Of a stretch of DNA of 64,000 bases, positions 18,942 through 28,620 are shown piece by piece. The notes beneath the pieces were generated by a model. The model ran no database searches. It saw only the letters and a program-made list of their open reading frames with translations, and had not been told where the DNA came from. Positions within the stretch are counted from its first letter, which is position 1. Each line of letters opens with the position of its first letter. Source of the DNA: Desulfobacteraceae bacterium (lineage in GTDB: Bacteria; Desulfobacterota; Desulfobacteria; Desulfobacterales; Desulfosarcinaceae); the NCBI GenBank assembly GCA_050305555.1, contig JBNLFN010000052.1:15207-79206 (forward strand). The letters are read 5' to 3'. The translations under genes and the position numbers were made by a program.

Positions 18942-20117
18942 ATGCGTGAAGCGGTTATTGTGAGTGCGGTGCGGACCCCTTTGGGCCGTTTCAACGGCAC
19001 CTTTGCCAATATGGGGGCCACGGATTTGGGGGGTCTGGTTATGGCGGAGGCGGTTAAGCGGGCGGGGATCGATGCCGCCGAAGTGAATGAAGCCATCATG
19101 GGCCAGGTGCTGCCCTGCGGTTACGGACAGAACCCGGCCAAACAAGCGGCCGTCAAGGCCGGCCTTCCCAAAGCGGTGGAGTGTTTTACCATTAACAAGG
19201 TGTGTGGATCTGCTTTAAAGTCCGTTATGTTGGCCGCCCAGGCCGTTCAGGTCGGTGATGCCGACGTGGTGGTGGCCGGCGGCATGGAGAATATGACCCT
19301 GGCACCCTACTACCTGGAAAAAGCGCGCTTCGGCTATCGCATGGGGCCGGGCCAGCTTCAGGATAGCATGGTGCATGACGGGTTGTGGGACATCGTCAAC
19401 GATTTCCACATGGGCATCTCCAACGAGCTGTGTTCCGAAAAATATAACATCTCCCGTGAAGCGCAGGACCGCTATGCTGCCCAGTCTTATGAACGTACCC
19501 TCAATGCCATTGAAGACGGTTTGTACAAAGATGAGATCATGCCTGTTTCTATTCCCCAGCGCAAAGGCGATCCCATCCTGTTTGATACCGACGAATGTCC
19601 CCAGGCCACCAGTTATGATGCCATGGCCAAAATGCGGCCAGCCTTTAAAAAAGGAGGGGTGACCACCGCTGGCAATGCCTCCATCATCAGCGATGGTGCC
19701 GCGGCTGTGGTGGTCATGGCGCGTGAAAAAGCCGAGACGTTGGGCTGCACCATCCTGGCCACCATCGGCGCCCAAGCCTCGTCGGCCATTGAGATGAAAT
19801 ATGTTCTGGTGGCGCCCATCTGGGCGGTGCCCAAATGCCTTAAGAAAGAAGGGATCACCTTGGATGATGTGGATTTGTTCGAGATCAACGAAGCCTTTTC
19901 AGGTTCTACCTGTGCGGTGATCAATGAGCTCAACCTCGATCCGGCCAAAACCAACATTGCCGGCGGCAGCGTAGCGCTGGGACATCCCATCGGGGCCAGC
20001 GGCTGCCGGGTGCTGGTGACCTTGATCCATAACATGATCCGCGAAGAGAAAAAAACCGGCCTTGCCAGCCTCTGCCTGGGCGGTGGCGAAGCCGTAGCCC
20101 TGGTCGTAAAGCGATAG
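18942..20117 (+). CDS. acetyl-CoA C-acetyltransferase (thiolase II)
   Basis: MREAVIVSAVRTPLGRFNG..., NKVCGSALKS (active-site Cys), C-terminal GLASLCLGGGEAVALVV. GGAGA RBS. Confidence 0.9.
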   Translation: MREAVIVSAVRTPLGRFNGTFANMGATDLGGLVMAEAVKRAGIDAAEVNEAIMGQVLPCGYGQNPAKQAAVKAGLPKAVECFTINKVCGSALKSVMLAAQAVQVGDADVVVAGGMENMTLAPYYLEKARFGYRMGPGQLQDSMVHDGLWDIVNDFHMGISNELCSEKYNISREAQDRYAAQSYERTLNAIEDGLYKDEIMPVSIPQRKGDPILFDTDECPQATSYDAMAKMRPAFKKGGVTTAGNASIISDGAAAVVVMAREKAETLGCTILATIGAQASSAIEMKYVLVAPIWAVPKCLKKEGITLDDVDLFEINEAFSGSTCAVINELNLDPAKTNIAGGSVALGHPIGASGCRVLVTLIHNMIREEKKTGLASLCLGGGEAVALVVKR

Positions 20118-20217
20118 CGCGCCAGTGGCTGAGTTGGGACCGATGGTCTGGTTTGTCTTTCATGGAAGAAAACAGATCAAAATGACCAAAAAGTAGTTTG
20201 AAAAAAAGGAGTATTAA

Positions 20218-21066
20218 ATGGACGTTAAAACTTTTGGCGTTGTGGGTGCGGGACAGATGGGCAGCGGCATTGCGCAAGTGGCTGCTATGAGCGGGTTGGA
20301 TGTCATCATGAACGATATGGACGATGCCCTGGTGCAACGCGGTATGAGCACCATCGATCGTTTTCTCGCCAAGGGTGTGGAGCGCGGTAAGCTGGCCGCC
20401 CAAGACAAAGACGCCACCCTGGCGCGCATCACAACCTCCATCGATCTTAAAGATATGGCCAACGTTGATTTCGTGGTGGAAGCCGCCACTGAAAATGAAT
20501 CCATCAAGTATCAAATCTTTGAAACCCTGGACCGTGTGTGCAAGCCGGAAGCGATTTTAAGCACCAACACCTCTTCGATTCCCATCGGCCGAGTTGCCGC
20601 CAGAACCCAGCGGCCGGAAAAAGTCATCGGGATGCACTTTATGAATCCTGTGCCCCTGATGAAGCTGGTGGAGGTGATCCGTGGTATCGCCACTTCGGAA
20701 GAGACCTTCAAGGTGACCTGGGACTTGTCCGAAAAGTTTGGCAAGGTGCCGGCTGAAGCCAACGATTTTCCCGGTTTTATCTCCAACCGCATCCTGATGC
20801 CCATGATCAACGAGGCAGTGTTTGCCCTCTACCATGGTGTGGGCAGCAAAGAGGCCATCGATACCGTCATGCAACTGGGTATGAACCATCCCATGGGACC
20901 GCTGGCGCTGGCGGATCTGATCGGTCTGGACACCTGCCTGGCCATTATGGAGACCCTTTACAATGGCTTTAACGATTCCAAGTATCGCCCCTGCCCCCTG
21001 CTGCGCAAATATGTTGAAGCCGGCTGGCTGGGCCGCAAGACCAAAAAAGGGTTTTATGACTATTAA
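20218..21066 (+). CDS. hbd: 3-hydroxybutyryl-CoA dehydrogenase
   Basis: VVGAGQMGSGIAQV Rossmann motif, ...HFMNPVPLMKLVEVI..., GFISNRILMPMINEA, GRKTKKGFYDY. Confidence 0.9.
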   Translation: MDVKTFGVVGAGQMGSGIAQVAAMSGLDVIMNDMDDALVQRGMSTIDRFLAKGVERGKLAAQDKDATLARITTSIDLKDMANVDFVVEAATENESIKYQIFETLDRVCKPEAILSTNTSSIPIGRVAARTQRPEKVIGMHFMNPVPLMKLVEVIRGIATSEETFKVTWDLSEKFGKVPAEANDFPGFISNRILMPMINEAVFALYHGVGSKEAIDTVMQLGMNHPMGPLALADLIGLDTCLAIMETLYNGFNDSKYRPCPLLRKYVEAGWLGRKTKKGFYDY

Positions 21067-21090
21067 ATTTTACCTTACCAAGGAGGCGAC

Positions 21091-21642
21091 ATGGCCAAAC
21101 GAAAACCTCCAGGGCCCATGCCTGTAGGCCAAAAGATCAAAAAGGCCCGTACCCAGAAAAAGATGACCCTGGATCAGGTCGCCAACGATACCGGATGCAG
21201 CATCGAATACCTCAAGCGCGTAGAGGGCGGTGAAGAGATGCCGCCGGTGGGGACCTTGTTGCAGATCGCGCGGGCCCTTGGCATCGAATCCGGCTTTTTT
21301 CTCAAAGAACAAGAGAAGCGACGTAAGGACCGTTCCAAGGCATTGGCCAAACGCACGGACAATTACGCCTACACCACACTGGCTTCAGGAGCGGATACCA
21401 AGCATCTCAAGGCGTTCCGGATTGAAATTGAGGCCCAGAAATCCCACAAAGGGGTGGGGTATCAACACCCGGGCGAAGAATTTGTCTACGTATTGCGCGG
21501 CGAGGTATCCGTTGCGGTGGGTGATCACATCACCCGCCTGGGTCCGGCGGATTCCGTCCATTTTAACGCTGCTGTTCGGCACCATATCAAAAACACCGGA
21601 AAAGAGGGCGCCGAACTTTTGGTCGTACTGTATACGCCCTGA
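21091..21642 (+). CDS. XRE-family HTH regulator with C-terminal cupin domain
   Basis: IKKARTQKKMTLDQVANDTGCSIEYLKRVE (HTH_3), then HPGEEFVYVLRGEVSVAVGD...VHFNAAVRHHIKN (cupin). Confidence 0.8.
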   Translation: MAKRKPPGPMPVGQKIKKARTQKKMTLDQVANDTGCSIEYLKRVEGGEEMPPVGTLLQIARALGIESGFFLKEQEKRRKDRSKALAKRTDNYAYTTLASGADTKHLKAFRIEIEAQKSHKGVGYQHPGEEFVYVLRGEVSVAVGDHITRLGPADSVHFNAAVRHHIKNTGKEGAELLVVLYTP

Positions 21643-21743
21643 GTATGGATGACGCTCACCATCGGCGTTACCGTACCGCAGATCAAAATGACGCCAGCGC
21701 AAGTCGGCGTCTATAAATGGCTACCCATATTGGAGTCTTCAAT

Positions 21744-22895
21744 ATGACCATTCAGCTCACAGATGAACAGTTGATGATCCAGACCATGGTGCACGAATTC
21801 GCCCGCGATGTGGTGGCGCCCGGCGCGGCCGAACGCGATCACACACGCCGGTTTCCCGGTGACATCCTTAAGCAGATGGGCGAACTGGGCCTCATGGGCA
21901 TGATGATTCCTCCGGAGTACGGCGGCAGCGGCGCCGACACGGTCAGTTACATGTTGGCCCTGTCTGAAATCGCCGCTGCCTGCGCGTCCACGGCGGTGGT
22001 GATGTCCGTACAAAACTCCATTGTGTGCGAAAGCCTGCTGCGTTTCGGCACCCCGGAGCAGAAAGAGAAGTATTTGAAACCTTTGGCCCAGGGACAGGCC
22101 ATCGGCGCCTTTGCTCTCACCGAGCCGGATGCGGGTTCCGACCCGGTGCGGCAATCCACCAAGGCCGTGCGTCAGGGCAAAGACTATATCTTGAGCGGCA
22201 CCAAGCGCTTCATCACCACCGGCAAGAATGCGGATATCGTTATTGTGACCGCCAAGACGGATCCCGCCATGCGGCACAAGGGTATCTCCGCCTTTATTGT
22301 CACCCCCCACACGCCTGGTTTTAAAGTCGGGCACGTGGAAGAGAAGATGGGGCTCAAGGCATCGGATACCACGGACCTGATTTTCGATGACTGCCCCATC
22401 CCGGAAGACCAGCGCCTGGGAGATGAAGGACAGGGCTTTGCGCTGGCCATGAAGGGCTTGGACGGCGGCCGCATCGGCATCGCCGCCCAATCCATCGGTG
22501 TGGCCCAGGCGGCGCTGAACGCAGCCGTCAACTATGCCACCGAAAGGGAACAGTTCGGTCAAAAGATCTCCAAATTTCAAGGTCTGCGCTGGATCATCGC
22601 CGACATGGCCACCGAGATTGAAGCGGCCCGCCAGCTAACCTATTCAGCCGCGGCCCTGAAAGACAGTGGTAAAAATTATACCTTGCAAGCCTCCATGGCC
22701 AAGCTTTTTGCTTCCGAAATGGTCAACCGGGTCACGGCGAAGGCCTTGCAGATGCACGGTGGCTACGGATATACCAAAGAGTACGCTGTGGAACGCTACT
22801 ATCGCGATGCCCGTGTGTTCACCATTTACGAAGGGACCTCGGAGATTCAACGGGTGGTGATCAGCAATCATATTCTGAAAGACAAACGCTTGTGA
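21744..22895 (+). CDS. acyl-CoA dehydrogenase (short-chain/butyryl-CoA type)
   Basis: MTIQLTDEQLMIQTMVHEFARD..., GAFALTEPDAGSD, QMHGGYGYTKEYAVERYYRDARVFTIYEGTSEIQ. Confidence 0.9.
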   Translation: MTIQLTDEQLMIQTMVHEFARDVVAPGAAERDHTRRFPGDILKQMGELGLMGMMIPPEYGGSGADTVSYMLALSEIAAACASTAVVMSVQNSIVCESLLRFGTPEQKEKYLKPLAQGQAIGAFALTEPDAGSDPVRQSTKAVRQGKDYILSGTKRFITTGKNADIVIVTAKTDPAMRHKGISAFIVTPHTPGFKVGHVEEKMGLKASDTTDLIFDDCPIPEDQRLGDEGQGFALAMKGLDGGRIGIAAQSIGVAQAALNAAVNYATEREQFGQKISKFQGLRWIIADMATEIEAARQLTYSAAALKDSGKNYTLQASMAKLFASEMVNRVTAKALQMHGGYGYTKEYAVERYYRDARVFTIYEGTSEIQRVVISNHILKDKRL

Positions 22896-23050
22896 ATCCG
22901 CCTTCTGGCTGCCTCTCGATCTCAATCTCCGTGTTGGGACAAGGTTTTCAATCCGTCGACATATGGACATGTGCCTGCGGTTGAAATTCCTGGCCCGCCT
23001 TGATCCTGGAGCCGAGAGACGGCCTGAAGGCGGATGCGGAGAATTTTTTT
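22896..23050 (+). terminator. long imperfect hairpin (23-nt arms, ~94-nt loop) plus T-tract directly after the acyl-CoA dehydrogenase stop
   Basis: 22896..22918 ATCCGCCTTCTGGCTGCCTCTCG pairs with 23013..23035 CGAGAGACGGCCTGAAGGCGGAT (20 Watson-Crick pairs and 1 G-U out of 23). TTTTTTT follows at 23044..23050. Confidence 0.4.
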
Positions 23051-23211
23051 GGGAAAAACTTGGGATGTAATACCCTAAGTTCAAATTCCAGTCGATGCAA
23101 CATAGTAAATGTGTAATATCGATTTGAAGGACGTGAAATAATAAATTGCTTTGGGCCGAGCTTGTGATGCAAAGCAGCCCTCACCTGCAAGCGACACAAT
23201 GATGTGTCATA

Positions 23212-23649
23212 TTGGAGATGTTGAAAATGACCGACGCCTCATTTGAAAAAGTGTCCCATTCGGAGCAACCGCTTTACGGCCCCCGCAAGCTGTTGTTGTG
23301 CGGCTTTGGTGCCGATACGCAGTCCAAATTCAGCACACTGTTGGAGATGCTGGGGCTGGCGGACCTGCCCCGGGTGTGGGCCACCGATGAACAGGGCGAC
23401 GTGGCGCTGGGTCAGTTGATGGCGCTGGAAAACGGCAGCGGGCGAGGCGAAGGTTCGAGCTTACCGCGGGCGGTGATCATGGCCGGCATTACCGAAAAAG
23501 AGTTGCATCATCTGATGGGCGGCGCCCGCAAAGCCGGCATGCGCAATGCCCTGTGGGCCACCCTGACCCCGGTGTCTGAAAGCTGGACCTTGGGGGCCCT
23601 GCTGGCGGAGCTGTCGGCAGAGCGTGAAGCCATGCGCCGGAAACGTTAA
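23212..23649 (+). CDS. DUF3783-like protein
   Basis: The pattern KLLLCGF...LLEMLG...RAVIMAGITEKELHHLM...ALWATLTPVSESWTLGALLAELSAEREAM follows the DUF3783 family layout as I recall it. Confidence 0.55.
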   Translation: MEMLKMTDASFEKVSHSEQPLYGPRKLLLCGFGADTQSKFSTLLEMLGLADLPRVWATDEQGDVALGQLMALENGSGRGEGSSLPRAVIMAGITEKELHHLMGGARKAGMRNALWATLTPVSESWTLGALLAELSAEREAMRRKR

Positions 23650-23819
23650 CCCTATGGATGTAAAAGCCGGAGGTTCGCAGCAGCGTGGTGGAGGCTTGCC
23701 CCGCATTGAAGCTCTCCGACTTTTGCATCCACAGGGTTGGGATTGATGCTTCACCGTGGATTGAATTTTTATCGACCCATTTTGCATCAATTGATGAACA
23801 AAGGCATCGGGGGAAAATT

Positions 23820-24284
23820 ATGCATCATACCATGCGGCGCAAAGACCGTGTCATGGAAGATGGGGCCACCTGGGAGTTGTTGAAAAAGGGCCTGTATGGG
23901 GTGTTGTCCACCGTTGACGACGACCGGCAACCTTATGGCGTACCGCTGAACTATGTATTAAGCGATGGCGCTATATATATACACGCGGCGGAGCAGGGCC
24001 ATAAATTGACAAATATCGCCTCCAACGACAAGGTGGCCTTTTGCGTAGTGGGGCACACGGAGCTGCTGGCCGATGCATTTTCCACCCGCTATCAAAGCGC
24101 CATTGTGTTTGGCCGGGCATCCTTGGTGGGTGAAGAAGAAAAAAGAGCGGCCCTGGTCGCGCTGCTTGAGAAGTATTTTCCAGAGCACATGGTCCGGGGT
24201 ATGGCCTATATCGATAAGCTGATCAACAGTACGGCGGTGATAAAAGTCGACATTGAAAAAATTTCCGGCAAAATGCGAAAATAG
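23820..24284 (+). CDS. pyridoxamine 5'-phosphate oxidase-family FMN-binding protein
   Basis: MRRKDRVMED..WELLKKGLYGVLSTVDDDRQPYGVPLNYVL..IYIHAA..GHKL. I prefer the ATG at 23820, preceded by GGGGGA, over the long track ORF. Confidence 0.7.
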   Translation: MHHTMRRKDRVMEDGATWELLKKGLYGVLSTVDDDRQPYGVPLNYVLSDGAIYIHAAEQGHKLTNIASNDKVAFCVVGHTELLADAFSTRYQSAIVFGRASLVGEEEKRAALVALLEKYFPEHMVRGMAYIDKLINSTAVIKVDIEKISGKMRK

Positions 24285-24302
24285 AGCGAATCAGGAGCAG
24301 TT

Positions 24303-24533
24303 ATGAATATGGAGTTTATATTTGCCACGCTTTTCAACTTGGGCATGAATCTGGTTTACACGGTTGTGGCGCTCTTTATCGGCGTGTCCGCATTGGTGGT
24401 CATCGATAAAAAACTACTCAAATCCATGGAGGTTGAAAAAGAGCTCAAAGCGGGCAATGTGGCCATCGCCATATTCTCCTCCACCGTACTGTTGTTTGTG
24501 GCGCTGATCGTCTCCTTCGGGTTCAAAGGGTAG
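24303..24533 (+). CDS. DUF350-like small membrane protein
   Basis: 76 aa with two TM helices flanking KELKAGNVAIAI, which is the DUF350 layout. Confidence 0.6.
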   Translation: MNMEFIFATLFNLGMNLVYTVVALFIGVSALVVIDKKLLKSMEVEKELKAGNVAIAIFSSTVLLFVALIVSFGFKG

Positions 24534-24541
24534 ATTCTGTC

Positions 24542-25357
24542 ATGAAGTACATTTTGCCAGTTTTGCTGCTGTTGATCATCTTGTCGGTGGGCCCGCAAAT
24601 CTATACCACCTGGCGCACCAACACAGAGCTTCAGCATAAGATTGATGTTTCTGTCCGGCAGCTGGGCAGATCGGGTCAAGGCGGGACCAATCGAGCCGGA
24701 CATGTTGAAGTGGATGGTGTGATGCGGGTGCTTACTGAAAAGCATATTCATCGTTTCCTGCGCCAGGATCACCAAATTTCTAACTTCTCACACGTTTGGG
24801 CGTGGGGCGGTGTGTCCCAGGCCACCATGACAGCCATGGGCATCGACAGGATGCACCATTTTGTCAACAGCTATCTGGTGGGGTACCAGCCTTTTGAGAC
24901 GCAGCGTATTTGGGTGCCCCTTTATACGCTGGGCCTGCGCAAACGCTACGAGTATGATCATTTGCAATACAGCGGCTTGAAAGAGGTCTGGCAAAATTCC
25001 CGACAGGCCTATTACTACACCCGCGGTGACTGTGAAGATCACGCCATAATTCTGGCCGACTGGCTCATCGAAATGGGAATTGACGCGCGCGTGGTTTTGG
25101 GCCGGTATAAAGAGCAAGGCCATGCTTGGGTGGTGTTTATGCGCAATGGCAAGGTCTTTCTGCTCGAAGCCACCAGCAAAAAAAAGTCGCGCCGCTCCGG
25201 GGCCATCCCTGAGGCGGCTGTGATGGTCAATTACCATCCCATGTACCAGTTCAACCGGGACAGCTTCTGGGTCAACACCGGCAGCCAGTTTATCACCCAA
25301 TATGCCGGCCCCCTGTGGAAACGGAACTCCCGGTTTGTCGCGCCAAAGCATATTTAG
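24542..25357 (+). CDS. membrane-anchored transglutaminase-like (Cys-His-Asp/Glu) fold protein
   Basis: N-terminal TM segment, then YYTRGDCEDHAIILADWL...GHAWVVF...LLEAT, which fits the transglutaminase-like core. Confidence 0.55.
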   Translation: MKYILPVLLLLIILSVGPQIYTTWRTNTELQHKIDVSVRQLGRSGQGGTNRAGHVEVDGVMRVLTEKHIHRFLRQDHQISNFSHVWAWGGVSQATMTAMGIDRMHHFVNSYLVGYQPFETQRIWVPLYTLGLRKRYEYDHLQYSGLKEVWQNSRQAYYYTRGDCEDHAIILADWLIEMGIDARVVLGRYKEQGHAWVVFMRNGKVFLLEATSKKKSRRSGAIPEAAVMVNYHPMYQFNRDSFWVNTGSQFITQYAGPLWKRNSRFVAPKHI

Positions 25358-25390
25358 GCGTGAAGGGTAAGTTCTGGGGCATCCTTTGTT

Positions 25391-26671
25391 CTATCCGGTC
25401 TTGGCCCCGACCATGGGTCGCAAAAAGCTGATCAACGCCAAACCGATCGATACCATGACCGTCATCAGAATGAATGCCGCGCGATAGGCACCTGTGAGGT
25501 CAAACACATATCCGGCCACAAAAGGGCCTACCGATCCCCCAAGGGTACCACAAAACAGCACCACGCCGAAGATCAATCCATGGGATTCGGTGCCGAACAA
25601 TTCCGCGACAGTGGGCGACATGACTGTGAAAAGGGCGCCATGCGCGAAACCATACATCACGGCAAATAGAAACAGCATCCACGCCTGGCTGGCCACCTGC
25701 AGCCATAACAAAGCGCCGATCAGAATAACGAAACCGATCATCAATGATCGTTTTCCGCCGATGCGGTCGTTGGCTGTTCCCATGACGATACGACCCAGCA
25801 TGCTGATCCCACCAATGGTGGACAACACAGCGGCTGCCGTTGTGGGGGCAAGGCCCTGGTCCCGCGCATGAGGCACAATATGGACGATGGTGGTCAACAG
25901 GCAGCTAAAAAGCATAAATTCGGCGACACACAGGTTCCAAAAGGACAAGGTCCGACTGGCCGCGCGTAGGGTCGCACTCCGGGGTTGTGCCGACCTTTTA
26001 CGGTTGTGCTGATCCGGAAAGTCCCCATCCGGCTGCAATCCAATGCTCAGCGGGTCCCGCTTCATCAACTGGGCGGCGCTTACGAGGCCGGTCAGCACAA
26101 GGATGCCGAGGATCAAGCAGGTCGGGCGCCAACCGATCCGGGCAATCAAAGCGGCAACCACGAGGGGCACCAATAGCTGGCCGCTGCCCGTGCCCACTTT
26201 GACCAGCCCCGACATCATTCCCCTGCGACGGGCAAACCATCGTGCGACGGTGGACAAGGTGATCACATCATGGGTGCTGAATCCAATACCCACCAATACC
26301 CCGTAGAGCAGATAGAGCTGCCACGGCAGGGTCATCCGGGACATCAATATGTAGCCAAGACCGAGAAAGATTCCCGAAACCGTCAATAATATGCGGGGGC
26401 CGATGCGATCATTGAGCGAACCGGCAACAACACCCATGGCGCCCATAATAAAAAATGCCAACGACGATGCACCCGAAAGAACGGCGCGAGACCACCCCAA
26501 AGCCGCTTCAAGCTCTTTGAAAAATACGCCATAGGCAAACATGGCGCCGACACACGCCGCCTGGGTCATGAATCCGGCCGCCACGATGTTATAGCCATAA
26601 AAGTAGTGCGATCTCAATTTTTGAAACCTTGGTATTGATATACCATGATGGGAATTTTCCTTGCCGATCAT
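25391..26671 (-). CDS. MFS transporter (oxalate/formate antiporter- or monocarboxylate-like)
   Basis: 12 predicted TM segments and the loop 2-3 motif GSLNDRIGPR. Confidence 0.8.
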   Translation of the reverse strand: MIGKENSHHGISIPRFQKLRSHYFYGYNIVAAGFMTQAACVGAMFAYGVFFKELEAALGWSRAVLSGASSLAFFIMGAMGVVAGSLNDRIGPRILLTVSGIFLGLGYILMSRMTLPWQLYLLYGVLVGIGFSTHDVITLSTVARWFARRRGMMSGLVKVGTGSGQLLVPLVVAALIARIGWRPTCLILGILVLTGLVSAAQLMKRDPLSIGLQPDGDFPDQHNRKRSAQPRSATLRAASRTLSFWNLCVAEFMLFSCLLTTIVHIVPHARDQGLAPTTAAAVLSTIGGISMLGRIVMGTANDRIGGKRSLMIGFVILIGALLWLQVASQAWMLFLFAVMYGFAHGALFTVMSPTVAELFGTESHGLIFGVVLFCGTLGGSVGPFVAGYVFDLTGAYRAAFILMTVMVSIGLALISFLRPMVGAKTG

Positions 26672-26677
26672 TTGGCT

Positions 26678-27550
26678 TTACACACGGGTTGTTTCTTTCC
26701 GTTGCTTTAAAAGCCCATAGGGGCCGTCCTTTTCTTTGGCGGAATGGTAATGCCTGATTGCAGATCTTACCCCATTCATCATGCTAACATCTCCGAAACA
26801 AAAATATTTGGCAAAATAATGTTCCTTAAGATTTAAAGCGTGGAATATCTGCTTTCCGGACATCCCTTTTTCCCAAAGCACTATGATATTGCCATATAAA
26901 TTCTCTAGAAAATCGAGTTTTCTTTTTAGATGTTCCTTGCCGGCTTCACGCTTTGGGCAGTGGCTGCACAATAGGGTATGAAAGTCTAAGGATAGAATCT
27001 TTTTCAATGATGCGATCTGACTTCCCATATTTTCGTCGGCACGAAAATACTTTATTTTATCCGCCAAATAAATATCTCCTGAAAACAGTATCCCCGCATC
27101 CTTGATAAAATAAACGGTATGATCCTCTGAATGTCCAGGTGTATGAACGGGGGTCATTTCTCCCAGGATGGTTTCAATTCTTTGCGGAACAATTTTTATA
27201 TTTGATGGCGTGGCTTTGCCCCATATGTAGTTTTGATAAGGTAAAATCTTAAATGCAACTGACAATTTTATCTTTGTTATGGGATGTCCGTATATGTGCG
27301 CGTTCATCTCTTTCTTGATCGCACAAGCATTTCCGCTATGGTCTTCGTGGTAATGGGTTAAATATACGCTTTGAATACGATGCGCCCTTGCAATTTCCAG
27401 GACTTCTTTTTTCATATGGGCCTGGGCTGTATCCAACATCACATCACCGAATACATAGCAGTAAACAGTCATGACCGGCGGGCCCAATAGGGACCAACCC
27501 AGTTGATAGGCCTGTATTTGATCGAAATTGTGTTTTTCTATAAATCTCAT
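26678..27550 (-). CDS. MBL-fold metallo-hydrolase
   Basis: LTHYHEDHSGN (HxHxDH) and TPGHSEDH. Start set at MRFIEK; the track ORF extends to 27697. Confidence 0.75.
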   Translation of the reverse strand: MRFIEKHNFDQIQAYQLGWSLLGPPVMTVYCYVFGDVMLDTAQAHMKKEVLEIARAHRIQSVYLTHYHEDHSGNACAIKKEMNAHIYGHPITKIKLSVAFKILPYQNYIWGKATPSNIKIVPQRIETILGEMTPVHTPGHSEDHTVYFIKDAGILFSGDIYLADKIKYFRADENMGSQIASLKKILSLDFHTLLCSHCPKREAGKEHLKRKLDFLENLYGNIIVLWEKGMSGKQIFHALNLKEHYFAKYFCFGDVSMMNGVRSAIRHYHSAKEKDGPYGLLKQRKETTRV

Positions 27551-27757
27551 ACTATCGACAGCATAGGCCGGGACAGAGCCCGGCCCTACGAAGATCATGT
27601 GTCCGGCAAGCGGTCCTTTCAGCTTAAGGCCGGGCTCTGCGCCGGTATGTTGGAACGCCATTGATCTGCAAAGCGCGATCGCCATAACCGGCAACACGCT
27701 TGAAGCGAATCCCTTTCAAGGGGTTGAGCCAATGCCGGGCTTTCTGGGCCAGAATAC

Positions 27758-28123
27758 TCACTTTTTAGGCGTTTGGTTTGGTCGGCCGCGCCCTAAAAGC
27801 TCAAAAACATTATCTGTTATGGTGTAAATGGTCGCATCCATCAACCCTTCGCAAAAAGTTCTGCCGGAAAGTTCAACGACCCTTGACAGGTCGCCGTATA
27901 TCATCTTGGCGCCCAGCGTTTTTAACAAATCCGGTGGCGGCCAGCCTCTTTCAACAGGAATTTCGTCGGGAATATCCATTACCTCTTCGGCCACGGCATC
28001 GCCTCTTTCATAGCCTTCGGCATCTTCGTGAAACCTGGCAGCCGCTTCGGCGTTTTGCGCAAGGACGAACCAATCTTCTTCATTGAAGTCGGTAGTCACC
28101 CAATAAAGCTTCATAAGGGTCAC
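27758..28123 (-). CDS. hypothetical acidic protein
   Basis: A 121-aa ORF in the same orientation as, and close to, its neighbours. No motif recognised. Confidence 0.4.
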   Translation of the reverse strand: MTLMKLYWVTTDFNEEDWFVLAQNAEAAARFHEDAEGYERGDAVAEEVMDIPDEIPVERGWPPPDLLKTLGAKMIYGDLSRVVELSGRTFCEGLMDATIYTITDNVFELLGRGRPNQTPKK

Positions 28124-28148
28124 CTGTTTTGTCGCAACACTACCGCAA

Positions 28149-28529
28149 TTATTTGTTTTTCAATAACTTTTCTAAATCGGCAAAAGGTTTGTCGGTGGCA
28201 ATGGGTTTGGACGCGACGCCCGGTGTTTCCGCCTCTAACCATTCCTGGTCCTGATAGCGTGAATGTTCATTGTCGTGGCAATACAGGCACAGCAGTTCCC
28301 AGTTGCTGCCGTCGGGCGGGTTGTTGTTGTGATCGTGATCCTTGTGGTGAACCGTAAGTTCCCGCAGTCGCTTGCCTTCAAATTCACGGCCGCAGCGCGC
28401 ACAGACCCAGGGATAGATCTTAAGCGCTTTTTCCCGATAACCCTGCTCCCGTCGCTGACGGTTGCGCAGGGCTTCATCAACAATCCGTTTCCGGTCCGTA
28501 CTGTCCGATCGTTTTTTGTCTGCGGGCAT
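28149..28529 (-). CDS. yajD: YajD-family HNH nuclease
   Basis: GYREKALKIYPWVCARCGREF...LRELTVHHKDHDHNNNPPDGSNWELLCLYCHDNEH...KPFADLEKLL is near-colinear with E. coli YajD as I recall it. Confidence 0.85.
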   Translation of the reverse strand: MPADKKRSDSTDRKRIVDEALRNRQRREQGYREKALKIYPWVCARCGREFEGKRLRELTVHHKDHDHNNNPPDGSNWELLCLYCHDNEHSRYQDQEWLEAETPGVASKPIATDKPFADLEKLLKNK

Positions 28530-28620
28530 ATTCTTACCTGAAACGTGTTGAATTTAGGATGATCGGAAACTTTTGATTAAATATTTGTGGGCAATCAATC
28601 TGGACCCCGTAAAAAAGGCG

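Noticed and set aside
21711-22580. 289-aa ORF on the minus strand
   Set aside because: It lies entirely antisense to the well-supported acyl-CoA dehydrogenase gene. It has a Gly/Arg/His-rich, low-complexity composition typical of shadow ORFs.
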